From: Proteobacteria bacterium SG_bin7 | GTDB taxonomy: Bacteria; Bdellovibrionota; Bdellovibrionia; Bdellovibrionales; SG-bin7 | Length of the DNA stretch: 64,000 nt | Direction of reading: 5' to 3' | NCBI GenBank assembly: GCA_002083485.1 | Contig: LWDK01000044.1 | Span: 12,613 to 76,612, forward strand | Part shown: positions 46,623-56,602 of the stretch, piece after piece | Layout of the letters: every line of letters starts with the position of its first letter | Numbering within the stretch: position 1 is the first letter of the stretch | The notes under the pieces: generated by a model | The model's input: only the letters and a program-made list of their open reading frames with translations | What the model was told of the DNA's origin: nothing | Databases searched by the model: none | Translations under genes and position numbers: made by a program

Positions 46623-47873
46623 CTAAGCCCTGTACCATCCAGTTCGCATTAGAATACTTTTATATGCACTGATCGTTTCATCCACCATTTTCTTAGTATC
46701 AAAAAGATCGACGACTTTTTTTCGAGCGCTTTCCCCAATTTCTGACGACAAAAGTGGAAACTCGAAAATATCGATAAGCAAAGTGCTTATACTTTGAGTA
46801 TCGGCAGGCCGAACCAGAAATCCGTCGCGGCCATCTTCAACAATATTTGCAATTGGATTTACTTCGGATCCAATAATAACTTTTTTCTGTGCCATAGCTT
46901 CTAGCATAGTTGGTTCAAAACCACTCGAACGCGCACTCAAATCAATGTAGACATCACACAAGCTAACATAGTCAGTGAGTAAGTCAGTATGCACAGGGCC
47001 CGCAAAAACCACGCGACTCCCGAGAGCTAGACTCAACATTTCGTATTCAATTTGGTGTTTAAGTGGACCTTGACCGATGATAATAAGACGCGTGTTTGGC
47101 TTTTTAATTGCAACCTTTTGAAAGGCCAGGAGCAAATTTTTTACCTCTTCAAGTTCGGTCATATCCGTCAATGTCACAATGATTTGAGCATTGCTTGGAA
47201 TTCCCAACTCTTTGAGCAAGCCTTCAGATTTTGGTCTTGGCTCAAAATTTCTAACTTCAATTCCATACGGCACCGTGTACACGCGCGAGTCAGGATAAAG
47301 ATAATATCTTTCTAAAGAAATTCTCTGCTGCGGACTAGTAACGAAAACGCCATCGGCAGTTTTCAAAAGTGCGCGATCGCCACCTAAAAACGTCGAAATA
47401 AACTTGTAAGCAAGAGCAACCCCAGTCGTAACCAAGCTACTGAGAGATTCCTGAGCCATTCCCAGAATAGAAAACACCTGCCCCATTTGTGTTGCCTCGA
47501 CATCATACGCAATCGCCAAGTGATTTTCTTTCTTAGTTTTACCGAGGAGAATGGCCGAATTATCAAGCGAGTGTAAAATATGAAATGGCTGTTTATGATG
47601 GGTTTCTAAAAATCGAGATCTTAATAGCTCGCCAAAAGGGGTGGGCGATGTAACAACGCCTTCATTCAAATAATACGCATGCACCCCGCTATCAACAATT
47701 TCGGCTTTCCCTAACGGATTGGTCGATGAAAGAATCGTCACGTGATGACCGCGATTGGCAAGGCCGCGTACGATTGGCCAAAGGTAACCATGATGATCTG
47801 GGCGTGACGCTATGGGGAAATTACGAGAAGTAACACAAATATTTAGTTTTTCAGGGAGCGAAGGTCGAGCCAT
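46623..47873 (-). CDS. Glycosyltransferase family 4 (GT-B fold)
   Basis: The N-terminal GG-less GT4-type region and the C-terminal ...SGFEPTMLEAMAQKKVIIGSEV...DGRDGFLV (E-x7-E region) are typical of GT4. Confidence 0.75.
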   Translation of the reverse strand: MARPSLPEKLNICVTSRNFPIASRPDHHGYLWPIVRGLANRGHHVTILSSTNPLGKAEIVDSGVHAYYLNEGVVTSPTPFGELLRSRFLETHHKQPFHILHSLDNSAILLGKTKKENHLAIAYDVEATQMGQVFSILGMAQESLSSLVTTGVALAYKFISTFLGGDRALLKTADGVFVTSPQQRISLERYYLYPDSRVYTVPYGIEVRNFEPRPKSEGLLKELGIPSNAQIIVTLTDMTELEEVKNLLLAFQKVAIKKPNTRLIIIGQGPLKHQIEYEMLSLALGSRVVFAGPVHTDLLTDYVSLCDVYIDLSARSSGFEPTMLEAMAQKKVIIGSEVNPIANIVEDGRDGFLVRPADTQSISTLLIDIFEFPLLSSEIGESARKKVVDLFDTKKMVDETISAYKSILMRTGWYRA

Positions 47874-47910
47874 AATAGAATTATTATGGCTGAACTTTTA
47901 AACTTGGCAA

Positions 47911-48861
47911 TTAGTTGCTACGAGGGTCACGGTATCCTTGTGTATTGACTCCAGGAAATCGGGGGTCATAACCCATTCTTGCATCTGCATATGGAATCAC
48001 AACAGTCACCATTCCTGGTTGACCAATGTCGTTAGGCATACATCCAAGAAGAGCACCGTACACAAAGTTAGGAATAGTTTCCATAAGTTTGGAGGCTAGT
48101 GGTCCTGGCTGACTATTTCCGTCTTTATCTACGATTTTAATTTCTTTATAAGCCTCTGCTAAATCTGCACCCAGAACTGCGCGACCAAGACCTCGTATCA
48201 TATGTTGCGGAATATGTGGCAATTGAAAGGTCACATTTATAATAGCAGAAACGCGTTTTAAAATTTCTCCGCCAGCTTGCGCGAAAAGGCCAAGACCAGA
48301 AGACCCAAGGCCCAACATTGAGCTAAGTCCACCCATGAAAAAGTTTCTCGACTTCGCGGCTTTTTGCATGCTTTCTCCAGCTACCCCCAAGCCTGCTTGA
48401 GCTAAATTAACGGCATCGATATTAAGAGCATCGGCACTGTACTTAACAATGCCTTCGGTGAGATTACCAACTCCATCAGTAACATTGATGGTAGTATCGG
48501 TGATGCTTTGTAGAAAACATTCCACACGGCGCTGAAAACGAGTACCAAACTTTTTATAGTCTTCGGTGTTCAGTGGAGTTTTTGTGTCAATATTTCCGTC
48601 TTGATCTTTCAAGCCATCAAATGTTTTAAGCAGACAGCTTCCTGTACCGGTGACGTTCCACGCAATGCCTTGGTATTCGGCATTGCCTTTAGCGATTCTA
48701 ATAAAGTTATCTGGTAATTTATTAAATAGCGCGTCGCCAGTGCGTTCCAATAAGTTTCCGGGATCTTTTACTTTCGTATCATCAGGGCATCTATCTAAAG
48801 CTACGGCCAAGTTTGAAGTTAGAGAGAAGACAACTAAAGATAATGTCGCAAGACTTTTCAT
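47911..48861 (-). CDS. Secreted protein of unknown family (P3), paralogue of P2
   Basis: Signal peptide ...SNLAVA|LD. Block C76-C115 (CLLKTFDGLKDQDGNIDTKTPLNTEDYKKFGTRFQRRVEC) shares 17/40 ungapped identities with P2 C73-C112. GGAG SD. Confidence 0.6.
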   Translation of the reverse strand: MKSLATLSLVVFSLTSNLAVALDRCPDDTKVKDPGNLLERTGDALFNKLPDNFIRIAKGNAEYQGIAWNVTGTGSCLLKTFDGLKDQDGNIDTKTPLNTEDYKKFGTRFQRRVECFLQSITDTTINVTDGVGNLTEGIVKYSADALNIDAVNLAQAGLGVAGESMQKAAKSRNFFMGGLSSMLGLGSSGLGLFAQAGGEILKRVSAIINVTFQLPHIPQHMIRGLGRAVLGADLAEAYKEIKIVDKDGNSQPGPLASKLMETIPNFVYGALLGCMPNDIGQPGMVTVVIPYADARMGYDPRFPGVNTQGYRDPRSN

Positions 48862-48889
48862 AAAATCTCCATTACTGGTAGTTAATTAA

Positions 48890-48911
48890 CAGCTCCACCG
48901 AAGTGGAGCTG
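48890..48911 (-). terminator. Perfect 9-bp hairpin with UUCG tetraloop between P2 and P3 (attenuator / partial terminator)
   Basis: The minus-strand RNA is CAGCUCCAC-UUCG-GUGGAGCUG followed by UUAAUUAA. It lies 24 nt after the P2 stop and 29 nt before the P3 ATG. Confidence 0.55.
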
Positions 48912-48934
48912 TCGTTAAATACCAGAACTAAGAA

Positions 48935-49798
48935 TTAGTTCTTTTTAAGTTCAATTGAATATTGAGCTCTGTTAACGATTTCAAGAAGCTCTTTATCGTC
49001 TTCAGCAAGAAGTACGTTTGGAGCTAAGTTGAAAATGCCAGCGATAGTTGAGATTGCATCTGTAGCGGCATTGAATGGTTCGAAAGTAGCTAGCTCAGTA
49101 CCAACATAAGTCGCATTTTTAACAACGCCTTTTGAAGTTTGAACTACTAAGTGAAGGCGTTTAGCGGCTTCGATAGTAAGAGTGTATCCAGCTTCGCCGA
49201 GAACTTCAATCATAGCACCGCCGATAACACCCGCAGCTGGAGCAGCTACAAGAGGTAACGCAGGAGCCATGAATACTAAATCAGTACCACGGATAATCCA
49301 ACGCCACATTTTTGTAACTCCACCTTTGCTTTCTTCTTTAATGTGGTGACCAGCGCGTCCTACGTAGTGAAGAGCTTTTCCACCAAGAACAAGAGCTTTA
49401 ACCGCACCTGCAGTTGAATAATCCAAGAACACGAAAGCAACACCTTCAGCAGTTTGAATTACGCAAGTTGCAGTTTTTTGGAAACGTTTTGCAAACGCAA
49501 TGTACTCTTGAGCAGTAAGAGGAGAGTTAACATCGATGTTTCCGTTTTGATCTCTTTTACCATCACGAGAAGCAACAGCGCACTGAACTCCTTGAGAAGC
49601 AGTGTTCAAAACGTCTTCAACAAGTTTCATACCCAATGAAGCTTCTAATCCAGAAACTAGAACTGACTTAACAGTTACATTTTGCATCGCAGGTATTTTA
49701 GATGCATTTAGCTCAGCATTCATAGATGCAGAGTCATGAGCTAAGGCTGATGTAGCCAAAGCAATAGTTGCTACAACAGCAAATATTTGTCTTTTCAT
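48935..49798 (-). CDS. Secreted Ala/Gly/Val-rich protein of unknown family (P2)
   Basis: AAGGAG SD and signal peptide ...TSALA|HDS. Conserved Cys-bounded block shared with P3. A/T-ending codon preference suggests high expression. Confidence 0.6.
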   Translation of the reverse strand: MKRQIFAVVATIALATSALAHDSASMNAELNASKIPAMQNVTVKSVLVSGLEASLGMKLVEDVLNTASQGVQCAVASRDGKRDQNGNIDVNSPLTAQEYIAFAKRFQKTATCVIQTAEGVAFVFLDYSTAGAVKALVLGGKALHYVGRAGHHIKEESKGGVTKMWRWIIRGTDLVFMAPALPLVAAPAAGVIGGAMIEVLGEAGYTLTIEAAKRLHLVVQTSKGVVKNATYVGTELATFEPFNAATDAISTIAGIFNLAPNVLLAEDDKELLEIVNRAQYSIELKKN

Positions 49799-49845
49799 AA
49801 TTACGCTCCTTTAAAAAACGTATATATTGTTAGTAAAAATTACTT

Positions 49846-49866
49846 GGCGCGGGCCCATCCCACGCC
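49846..49866 (-). promoter_or_regulatory. GC-rich hairpin in the P2 5' leader
   Basis: The minus-strand RNA is GGCGUGGG-AUGGG-CCCGCGCC (8 bp including 1 G-U pair) followed by AAGUAAUUUUUA. It lies between the sigma-54 promoter and the SD. Confidence 0.4.
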
Positions 49867-49901
49867 ATAAAAACGAGATAACTCGATTCGGATGGTTCTT
49901 A

Positions 49902-49918
49902 AGCAAGTCTGCTGCCAA
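49902..49918 (-). promoter_or_regulatory. Sigma-54 (RpoN) -24/-12 promoter TTGGCAGcagacTTGCT
   Basis: The reverse complement of 49902-49918 reads TTGGCAGCAGACTTGCT with consensus GG/GC spacing. It lies about 104 nt upstream of the P2 ATG. The core is identical to the promoter at 41349. Confidence 0.6.
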
Positions 49919-50033
49919 TTGCCTTGGCAGTTGGTTGACGAAAATTGTCTTTTCAGACCTAAACTTTTGTAATATTTGTAGAGTTTAGCCGTCAAAACTC
50001 TAATGAGTTTGCGACATTTTTTGGAAATAAGCG

Positions 50034-50378
50034 ATGATCATTTACGAAGTCACACTCGAAATAGATTTTGAAATCATTGAAGAATTTCAAAATTGGTTGA
50101 TTGAACACGTCAACGAAATGTTGGCCACAAGATGCTTTACCTCTGCTGAAATTTTTACGGAAACGCCGAAGCTTTTACCTGCTGATGGCGCGAACAGCAG
50201 AGATTCAAATCACTTAAATCAATCTAAAGCGGTAGTTATACACTACAAAGTGGGGTCAGAAAGTGACCTAAATGAGTATTTTTTACGGCACGCTAGCCGC
50301 TTGAGGGCACCGGCAGTGCGCCAATTTGGCGCTAAATTTCGCGCCAAAAGGCGCGTTCTAAAATTGGGTCTTTCCTGA
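50034..50378 (+). CDS. DUF4286-like small protein
   Basis: MIIYEVTLEIDFEIIEEFQNWLIEHVNEMLATRCF resembles the DUF4286 N-terminal pattern (MIiYnVTv.id..i..eWl.Wm..eHip.ml.tg.F) as I recall it. Confidence 0.45.
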   Translation: MIIYEVTLEIDFEIIEEFQNWLIEHVNEMLATRCFTSAEIFTETPKLLPADGANSRDSNHLNQSKAVVIHYKVGSESDLNEYFLRHASRLRAPAVRQFGAKFRAKRRVLKLGLS

Positions 50379-50418
50379 TACCCCCGAAGTGTTTATACTC
50401 GGAACACGATTTTAATAT

Positions 50419-50823
50419 ATGGAGGCTAATGTGACATTAGGTGATTTCAAAATAAATAAGGATAAAATCAATAAACTCAAAAATGAGTTATTGAAGTACA
50501 ATTCGATCGACGCTGTAAAAACAGAAGTCACGCGTCTTGCCAACGATTTTCGCAAGGTTGATTTACAGTCTAAGCTTAGCGAGCGCAATAAAGAGCGAGT
50601 CCGCAAAATCGAAACGCGTTATAATGAAGTGGTTAAAACTATCGCAAAAATTCAAAAACAGCTTGATAAAGAAATTTCTCAAGTGATCAGCTTATTCCAA
50701 AAATCACGAACAGAAGCTAAGCAGAAATTTTCTGACGTGAAAAAACGAGCGGAGAGCCACAAAGAGAATATTTCGAAAAAAATAAAGACCACTCTAAAAA
50801 AGCAAAAAAAGGGTAAGAAGTAG
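50419..50823 (+). CDS. Lys-rich coiled-coil protein, unknown function
   Basis: K/E-rich helical ORF. The GTG at 50431, 5 nt after GGAGG, may be the true start. Confidence 0.45.
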   Translation: MEANVTLGDFKINKDKINKLKNELLKYNSIDAVKTEVTRLANDFRKVDLQSKLSERNKERVRKIETRYNEVVKTIAKIQKQLDKEISQVISLFQKSRTEAKQKFSDVKKRAESHKENISKKIKTTLKKQKKGKK

Positions 50824-50857
50824 ACAATAATATTGAGGCCATGCTAGACGTATTGGC

Positions 50858-53716
50858 ATGGAAAAAACTCAAGATTTTATAAGTCGGCATCTCGGCCCTT
50901 CTCCGTCTGAAATTCAAACCATGTTAAGTTATCTGGGTTATAAAAATCTGGATGAGTTAACAAATGCAACACTGCCTAATGCAATTCGCACCAAAGAGCG
51001 CCTTCACATCGGTGAAGGTTTTGGTGAAAAAAAATTGCTCAGAAAAATTCGGGCGATTTCAAAAAAGAATAAAATTTTTAAATCTTACATAGGGCAAGGT
51101 TATTACGGCACAATTACTCCCACGGTCATTCAAAGAAATATTTTGGAGAATCCAGGATGGTATACAGCCTATACTCCGTACCAAGCAGAAATTTCGCAAG
51201 GACGCATGGAAGCTCTTTTAAATTTCCAGACTTTGATTATGGAGTTGACCGGTTTCCCAATCGCGAACGCAAGTTTGCTAGATGAAGCGACGGCCGCTGC
51301 CGAAGCCATGGCGATGGCTTTTCACTTACAATCTCCGAAAGCTCCCAGTTCAAAAATTTTTGTGGATGAAAATATTTTTCCACAGACAATTGACGTCATT
51401 AAAACACGCGCCAACCCTTTGAAAATTGAGGTTGAGCTGGGGAAATTCCAAAGCTTTGATAATTCTCAAAAAGTTTTCGCCGCGGTTTTGCAGTATCCAA
51501 ACGCCCAAGGATCGATCGAAGACTACTCAAACATCGTGAAAGCAGTGAAGGCCAATGGTGGTTTTGTAATTTTCATTTGCGATATCATGGCACTAACCCT
51601 ATTAAAGGCACCCAAGGAACTTGGAGCTGACATTGCAGTGGGTAGCACACAACGCTTTGGTGTCCCTATGGGGTTTGGAGGTCCACACGCAGCTTACATG
51701 GCGACGACCGATGAGTTTAAAAGACTCGTGCCAGGAAGATTTATCGGAGTATCCAAAGACGCCCATGGCAAACCAGCACTTCGGCTCGCGTTACAGACCC
51801 GCGAGCAACACATTCGTCGCGAGAGAGCCACGAGCAATATTTGTACGGCCCAAGTACTTCTTGCCGTCATGGCTTCAATGTACGCCGTCTATCACGGTCC
51901 TCAGGGCCTAAAAAATATTGCTAACCGCATCGCCAGGATGACAGCGCTACTAAAGGGTGAGCTAGAAAGTCTTGGCTTTAAAGTTAAAAATAGTTCCTAC
52001 TTCGATACCCTCACTGTTGAGTCGAAAAGTGTCTCTGAAATTTTCAATGAAACCCTAAAAGCCGAAATAAATTTAGGAAAAATAACTGGCGGTAATGGGT
52101 TCTCAATCGCAATTGATGAAACAGTTACAATTGAAGACCTAAATCTATTAATAAAAGCACTCTCTAAAAATAAATCCAAAGAACTCACGGAAAATGATTT
52201 AGAAAAAGTAATCATTGGAATTCCAAAAAACTTTTTACGCCAGAATGAAATTCTGAAACAGAAAGTTTTCAATCGCTACCACTCAGAAACGGAGATGCTA
52301 CGCTATTTAAGGAGGCTTGAGGCTAAGGACCTTTCACTCACCACCTCAATGATTCCACTTGGCTCTTGTACCATGAAGTTAAACGCAACTACAGAAATGT
52401 ATCCCATTACTTGGGGTGAGTTCTGTCATATTCACCCATTTGCGCCGGGTGAGCAATCCCAAGGCTATCAAGAAATTTTCGCGGATCTTGAGAAGTGGTT
52501 AGCTGACATTACCGGGTTCTACGCCACAAGCCTACAGCCCAACGCCGGTTCGCAGGGAGAATATGCTGGACTACTTGTCATTCGGGCTTACCATGAAAGT
52601 AAAAATGAGGGTCATAGAAATATCTGTCTTATTCCTGCGAGTGCTCACGGCACCAATCCCGCAAGTGCCGTTATGGCGGGTTTAAAGGTTGTTGTGGTTA
52701 ACTGTGACAACAACGGAAACGTCGACATTCCTGATTTAAAAAAGAAAGCCGCGGAACATTCTAAAAATTTATCATCTTTGATGATCACCTATCCTAGTAC
52801 TCATGGCGTGTTTGAAGAAGGTATTGTTGAAATTTGCGAAACTATTCATAGCCACGGCGGTCGAGTTTATATGGATGGTGCAAATATGAACGCGCTTGTA
52901 GGCCTATCACGTCCTGCCGAGCTGGGCGCAGACGTTCTTCATATAAACCTTCATAAAACTTTTTGTATCCCTCATGGCGGTGGAGGACCCGGAATGGGGC
53001 CCATCTGTTGCACGAAACAGCTTTCTGAATTTTTGCCCGGTCATTGCGTGGTTACAAAAATTAATAGACCAAAAAGTATAGGTGCAATTTCCGCAGCTCC
53101 GTGGGGATCGGCAGGAATTCTACCGATCTCTTGGACCTATATTCAAATGATGGGTGACGAAGGACTAAGATTCGCCTCTCAAGTCGCAATTCTAAACGCC
53201 AACTATATTGCGAAAAAACTAGAGCCTTATTTCCCGGTTCTTTACAAGGGCGCCGGAGGAAGAGTTGCCCACGAATGTATTGTCGACCTTCGCCCCATTA
53301 AGGCCGACACGGGAATAAGTGTCGATGATGTTGCCAAACGCTTGATGGACTATGGTTTTCATGCTCCGACAATGTCCTTCCCGGTCGCTGGAACACTGAT
53401 GATTGAACCGACAGAAAGTGAGTCACTTTATGAACTCGATCGCTTTTGTGAAGCCATGATTAGCATCCACGGTGAAATTCAAGATGTCGCCAAGGGGAAA
53501 TTTGATAAAGCGAATAACCCGCTCGTAAACGCCCCACACACCTCGGCACTCGTCGTTTCCGACAAATGGGATCGCCCATATTCCCGTGAAAAAGCGGCAT
53601 TTCCAAAACCATGGTTGCACGAACACAAATATTGGCCAACAGTTTCACGGGTCGACAATGCCTACGGAGACAAGAACTTTGTCTGTTCGTGTGAGCCGAT
53701 TGAGTCTTATCAGTAG
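50858..53716 (+). CDS. gcvP: Glycine dehydrogenase (decarboxylating), single-chain P protein
   Basis: 952 aa. [11 protein letters not shown]-terminus, [20 protein letters not shown] and the PLP-lysine region [20 protein letters not shown]. Confidence 0.95.
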   Translation: MEKTQDFISRHLGPSPSEIQTMLSYLGYKNLDELTNATLPNAIRTKERLHIGEGFGEKKLLRKIRAISKKNKIFKSYIGQGYYGTITPTVIQRNILENPGWYTAYTPYQAEISQGRMEALLNFQTLIMELTGFPIANASLLDEATAAAEAMAMAFHLQSPKAPSSKIFVDENIFPQTIDVIKTRANPLKIEVELGKFQSFDNSQKVFAAVLQYPNAQGSIEDYSNIVKAVKANGGFVIFICDIMALTLLKAPKELGADIAVGSTQRFGVPMGFGGPHAAYMATTDEFKRLVPGRFIGVSKDAHGKPALRLALQTREQHIRRERATSNICTAQVLLAVMASMYAVYHGPQGLKNIANRIARMTALLKGELESLGFKVKNSSYFDTLTVESKSVSEIFNETLKAEINLGKITGGNGFSIAIDETVTIEDLNLLIKALSKNKSKELTENDLEKVIIGIPKNFLRQNEILKQKVFNRYHSETEMLRYLRRLEAKDLSLTTSMIPLGSCTMKLNATTEMYPITWGEFCHIHPFAPGEQSQGYQEIFADLEKWLADITGFYATSLQPNAGSQGEYAGLLVIRAYHESKNEGHRNICLIPASAHGTNPASAVMAGLKVVVVNCDNNGNVDIPDLKKKAAEHSKNLSSLMITYPSTHGVFEEGIVEICETIHSHGGRVYMDGANMNALVGLSRPAELGADVLHINLHKTFCIPHGGGGPGMGPICCTKQLSEFLPGHCVVTKINRPKSIGAISAAPWGSAGILPISWTYIQMMGDEGLRFASQVAILNANYIAKKLEPYFPVLYKGAGGRVAHECIVDLRPIKADTGISVDDVAKRLMDYGFHAPTMSFPVAGTLMIEPTESESLYELDRFCEAMISIHGEIQDVAKGKFDKANNPLVNAPHTSALVVSDKWDRPYSREKAAFPKPWLHEHKYWPTVSRVDNAYGDKNFVCSCEPIESYQ

Positions 53717-54555
53717 ATCACTGACATCCATTTTTTTTGGGTGTCACTGAGAGAGGTGATGGGCGATAACAAACCGCTTTTCAAACCGCCAGAATGACAT
53801 TTACAATCTCCGATTTGTTCTTCGTCGACATTGACGATTTTCTCTAAAAGCCGAAAACCTTTTGCCGTATTTTCTTTTAAAATTCGCATAACTTCCTGTT
53901 GTGTCACATGCTCAATATTCAAATCCCAACAATCATAATCGGTGACAAAACACACTGGCAGATAACAAAGACCTGCTTCACGAGCCAATGCAAACTCTGG
54001 ATATTGGGTCATCCCAATAATTTGAGCCCCTAGCTTTTGATAGCCAATCGACTCTGCGTGTGTGGAAAAGTAAGGACCTTCGATACATACATAGGTCTTA
54101 TCAAAATGAATTTTGTGTTCACACTCAGGTTCCATTTCACGCACCACATCGGTCATCGCCTGACAGGCTGGATGCGCCAACGATACATGACCAATTATTC
54201 CATCCCCACAAAAAGTATGAGCTCTTATGCCTTTTGTGCGATCTATATATTGACTGATAACTGCGACATCACCTGGTTTACATTCTTGCTCTAAACTCCC
54301 GACTGCGGAAAATGCAATTAAACGATCAACGCCCCATCTCTTAAGGGCAAAAATATTAGCGCGATAATTCACTTCAGAAGGAAGTTTCTCGTGATGCTCG
54401 CCATGCCGAGACAAATACAGGCATTCCATCCCCCCGATTTTAACGCGTTTAAAATAGGATGATGCCATTCCAAAAGGAGTTTCTCGATCCAAATTTTCGA
54501 GGATTTCAAATCCTTCACACTTTTCAAATCCCGTGCCGCCAATAACTCCCCACAT
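53710..54555 (-). CDS. mtnP: S-methyl-5'-thioadenosine phosphorylase family (PNP/MTAP)
   Basis: [14 protein letters not shown]...[18 protein letters not shown], and the GPYFST and IGMT motifs. Confidence 0.8.
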   Translation of the reverse strand: MWGVIGGTGFEKCEGFEILENLDRETPFGMASSYFKRVKIGGMECLYLSRHGEHHEKLPSEVNYRANIFALKRWGVDRLIAFSAVGSLEQECKPGDVAVISQYIDRTKGIRAHTFCGDGIIGHVSLAHPACQAMTDVVREMEPECEHKIHFDKTYVCIEGPYFSTHAESIGYQKLGAQIIGMTQYPEFALAREAGLCYLPVCFVTDYDCWDLNIEHVTQQEVMRILKENTAKGFRLLEKIVNVDEEQIGDCKCHSGGLKSGLLSPITSLSDTQKKWMSVIY

Positions 54556-54656
54556 ACCGATCTCCTTGAATGAATTTCATCTTACCCGAGCCAAGACTGG
54601 AGACAACAATTTAACAATTGCGGCATAGCTCCTAATGCAGTAATACGCTCTTATCT

Positions 54657-55670
54657 ATGATTTGGACCTTACCAATTGAGTTTGAAACACGAATTGACCG
54701 TTTGCTCGGCGAGCACAATTTGAGCTTGAGTAAAACGACAAAGCTCGCGGATGCAATTTTAGAACTCTCGGATTTTTATATTCACGAACCGGGAAAGCCC
54801 ACGCCATGGCACCGCCACGGCACCATAGCTGCCCATCTGGCGTATTATTTTCCGCTAAATTATATTCGCTCTCTGGGTTTAGTTCACGAAGCAAAAAAGG
54901 TTGGGTTTTTAGATGACAGTGATGAACTCGTCGACTTTGGAGCCGGCCTGAGTCCTCTGATTGCGGCTTCAGGCCTTACTTCTTCATATTGTGTCGAACA
55001 AGGTGAGCGCTGCGAAGACATTTTTAAGAGGTTAGTCCCAAAAGCAAATACTAAATGGCACTCTGAAATTGAAACAGTTAAGCGCCATAAACGCCACATT
55101 TTGTGCCTGAGCTATTCGCTCAACGAGCTGACTGAAATCCCCGAATGGCTTTATTCTTTTGAGCGCGTTATAATTATGGAGCCTTCTGATCGGATCAGTG
55201 GCCGAAAGCTTTTGGAAATGCGACAAAAATTTATCGAAAAGGGATTTTATATTTGGGCTCCGTGCACACATCAACTGGAATGCCCACTGTTAAAGGAATC
55301 GAAAACTGACTGGTGTCACACACGAGAATTTTGGAACATGCCACTATGGTTTCAAAAAATTGAAAATCATTTGCCGATGAAAAACCGAACTCTTACCTAT
55401 TCCTATCTTATGGTGAGTCGCACTCCTCCGGGCAAAAAAATTTCTGACCACGCACGTTTGACTGGAGATCTACTCAAGGAAAAAGGCAAATCACGTCAAC
55501 TTTTTTGCCGTTCGGATAAGAGAGAGTTTTTGGCTTGGCTTTCGCGCGATGGCGAGGCCCCCGAGTGGAAGCGCGGTGAACTTGTGAAAATAATTGGGAC
55601 ACCAAAAGTTGTGGGGAACGAAATTAGAACGAGTGAAATTTCTTTGATCGAGCAATTATTTTTCCATTAA
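54657..55670 (+). CDS. Rsm22-family SAM-dependent methyltransferase
   Basis: SAM-binding-like LVDFGAGLSP, LSYSLNEL and C-terminal Cys cluster APCTHQLECPL...WCH, characteristic of Rsm22 homologues. Confidence 0.6.
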   Translation: MIWTLPIEFETRIDRLLGEHNLSLSKTTKLADAILELSDFYIHEPGKPTPWHRHGTIAAHLAYYFPLNYIRSLGLVHEAKKVGFLDDSDELVDFGAGLSPLIAASGLTSSYCVEQGERCEDIFKRLVPKANTKWHSEIETVKRHKRHILCLSYSLNELTEIPEWLYSFERVIIMEPSDRISGRKLLEMRQKFIEKGFYIWAPCTHQLECPLLKESKTDWCHTREFWNMPLWFQKIENHLPMKNRTLTYSYLMVSRTPPGKKISDHARLTGDLLKEKGKSRQLFCRSDKREFLAWLSRDGEAPEWKRGELVKIIGTPKVVGNEIRTSEISLIEQLFFH

Positions 55671-56569
55671 TCGACCGAGAGATAGTCCTTAATATATTGG
55701 TAGGTCTTTAAATGGTGGCGTGTCCACTCCGGTGAAACTAACTCATCCCACCGCGAGGCTACTGCTCCTAAACGATGGATGGCGATTTCTGGAGAAAGGT
55801 AGGATAAAAAAAGCTTCACCTTCCTCGCATATTCTTCTAACGAAACGGGAGTAAATTCCCCTCGCCTAAAAATTTTTTCTAATTCCGTATTTTTCAAAAC
55901 ATGAAGATTGTGAAGTTTTATGTTACGTACTCCCAGAGAGTTAGAAATTTTTGCAGTCTCAATAATTTCGTCATCAGTTTCGTTAGGCAAACCAAAAATC
56001 AAGTGAATCCCAACATCAATTTTTGAAGTGGGTCGGGACGCCAATTCACGGATCACTTTTATAGCGCTGGCGGAATTGTGGCCACGCGCTAAAAACTCGA
56101 GATGGTGATCAAAAAAACTCTGTACACCAAATTCTACGCTAAAATAGGAACGCTCAGAAAATTCTTGCCACAATCGAATCAATGCCGGCGACACGCAATC
56201 GGTTCTCGTACCCACGACAATGCCCACAACATCGACCTCTGAAAGGGCTGCCTCAAATTGAATACGGAGTTTTTCGAGCGCAAGGAATGTGCTAGTGTAG
56301 GCCTGAAAATAAATCAAAAACTTATGACCCTTATTTTTCTCCGCCTTAATTTTCTTAACTCGGGCGATCTGATTTTCTAAAGTGTCCTTTTGCTTTTTTT
56401 CATACGCAGCCGAGCCCCATTCATCACAAAAAATGCAAGTTTTCATATTTTTTAGGCCAAGGCGATTCGGGCAGGTATCCACTATGCTAACTGGGATCTT
56501 AACCACTTTGGTGCCAAACCGATTTTTATAATACCTACTTATTGGATAGTAAGGTTCTCTTGCACCCAT
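55667..56569 (-). CDS. TIGR01212 (YhcC-like) radical SAM protein
   Basis: YYKNRFGTKVVKIPVSIVDTCPNRLG...CIFC N-terminal signature, about 300 aa. Confidence 0.75.
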   Translation of the reverse strand: MGAREPYYPISRYYKNRFGTKVVKIPVSIVDTCPNRLGLKNMKTCIFCDEWGSAAYEKKQKDTLENQIARVKKIKAEKNKGHKFLIYFQAYTSTFLALEKLRIQFEAALSEVDVVGIVVGTRTDCVSPALIRLWQEFSERSYFSVEFGVQSFFDHHLEFLARGHNSASAIKVIRELASRPTSKIDVGIHLIFGLPNETDDEIIETAKISNSLGVRNIKLHNLHVLKNTELEKIFRRGEFTPVSLEEYARKVKLFLSYLSPEIAIHRLGAVASRWDELVSPEWTRHHLKTYQYIKDYLSVD

Positions 56570-56602
56570 GTCGCGAAAATAGTAAGTTCTCGCCCATAGT
56601 CA

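Noticed and set aside
49924-49940. Plus-strand TTGGCAGttggtTGACG as a divergent sigma-54 promoter for the DUF4286-like gene
   Set aside because: The -12 position reads TGAC, so the obligatory GC is missing. The match comes from the palindrome partner of the minus-strand -24 element.
50824-50857. Glycine riboswitch upstream of gcvP
   Set aside because: Only 34 nt separate gcvP from the preceding ORF. This is too short for the tandem aptamer, and no conserved core was seen there or in 50379-50418.
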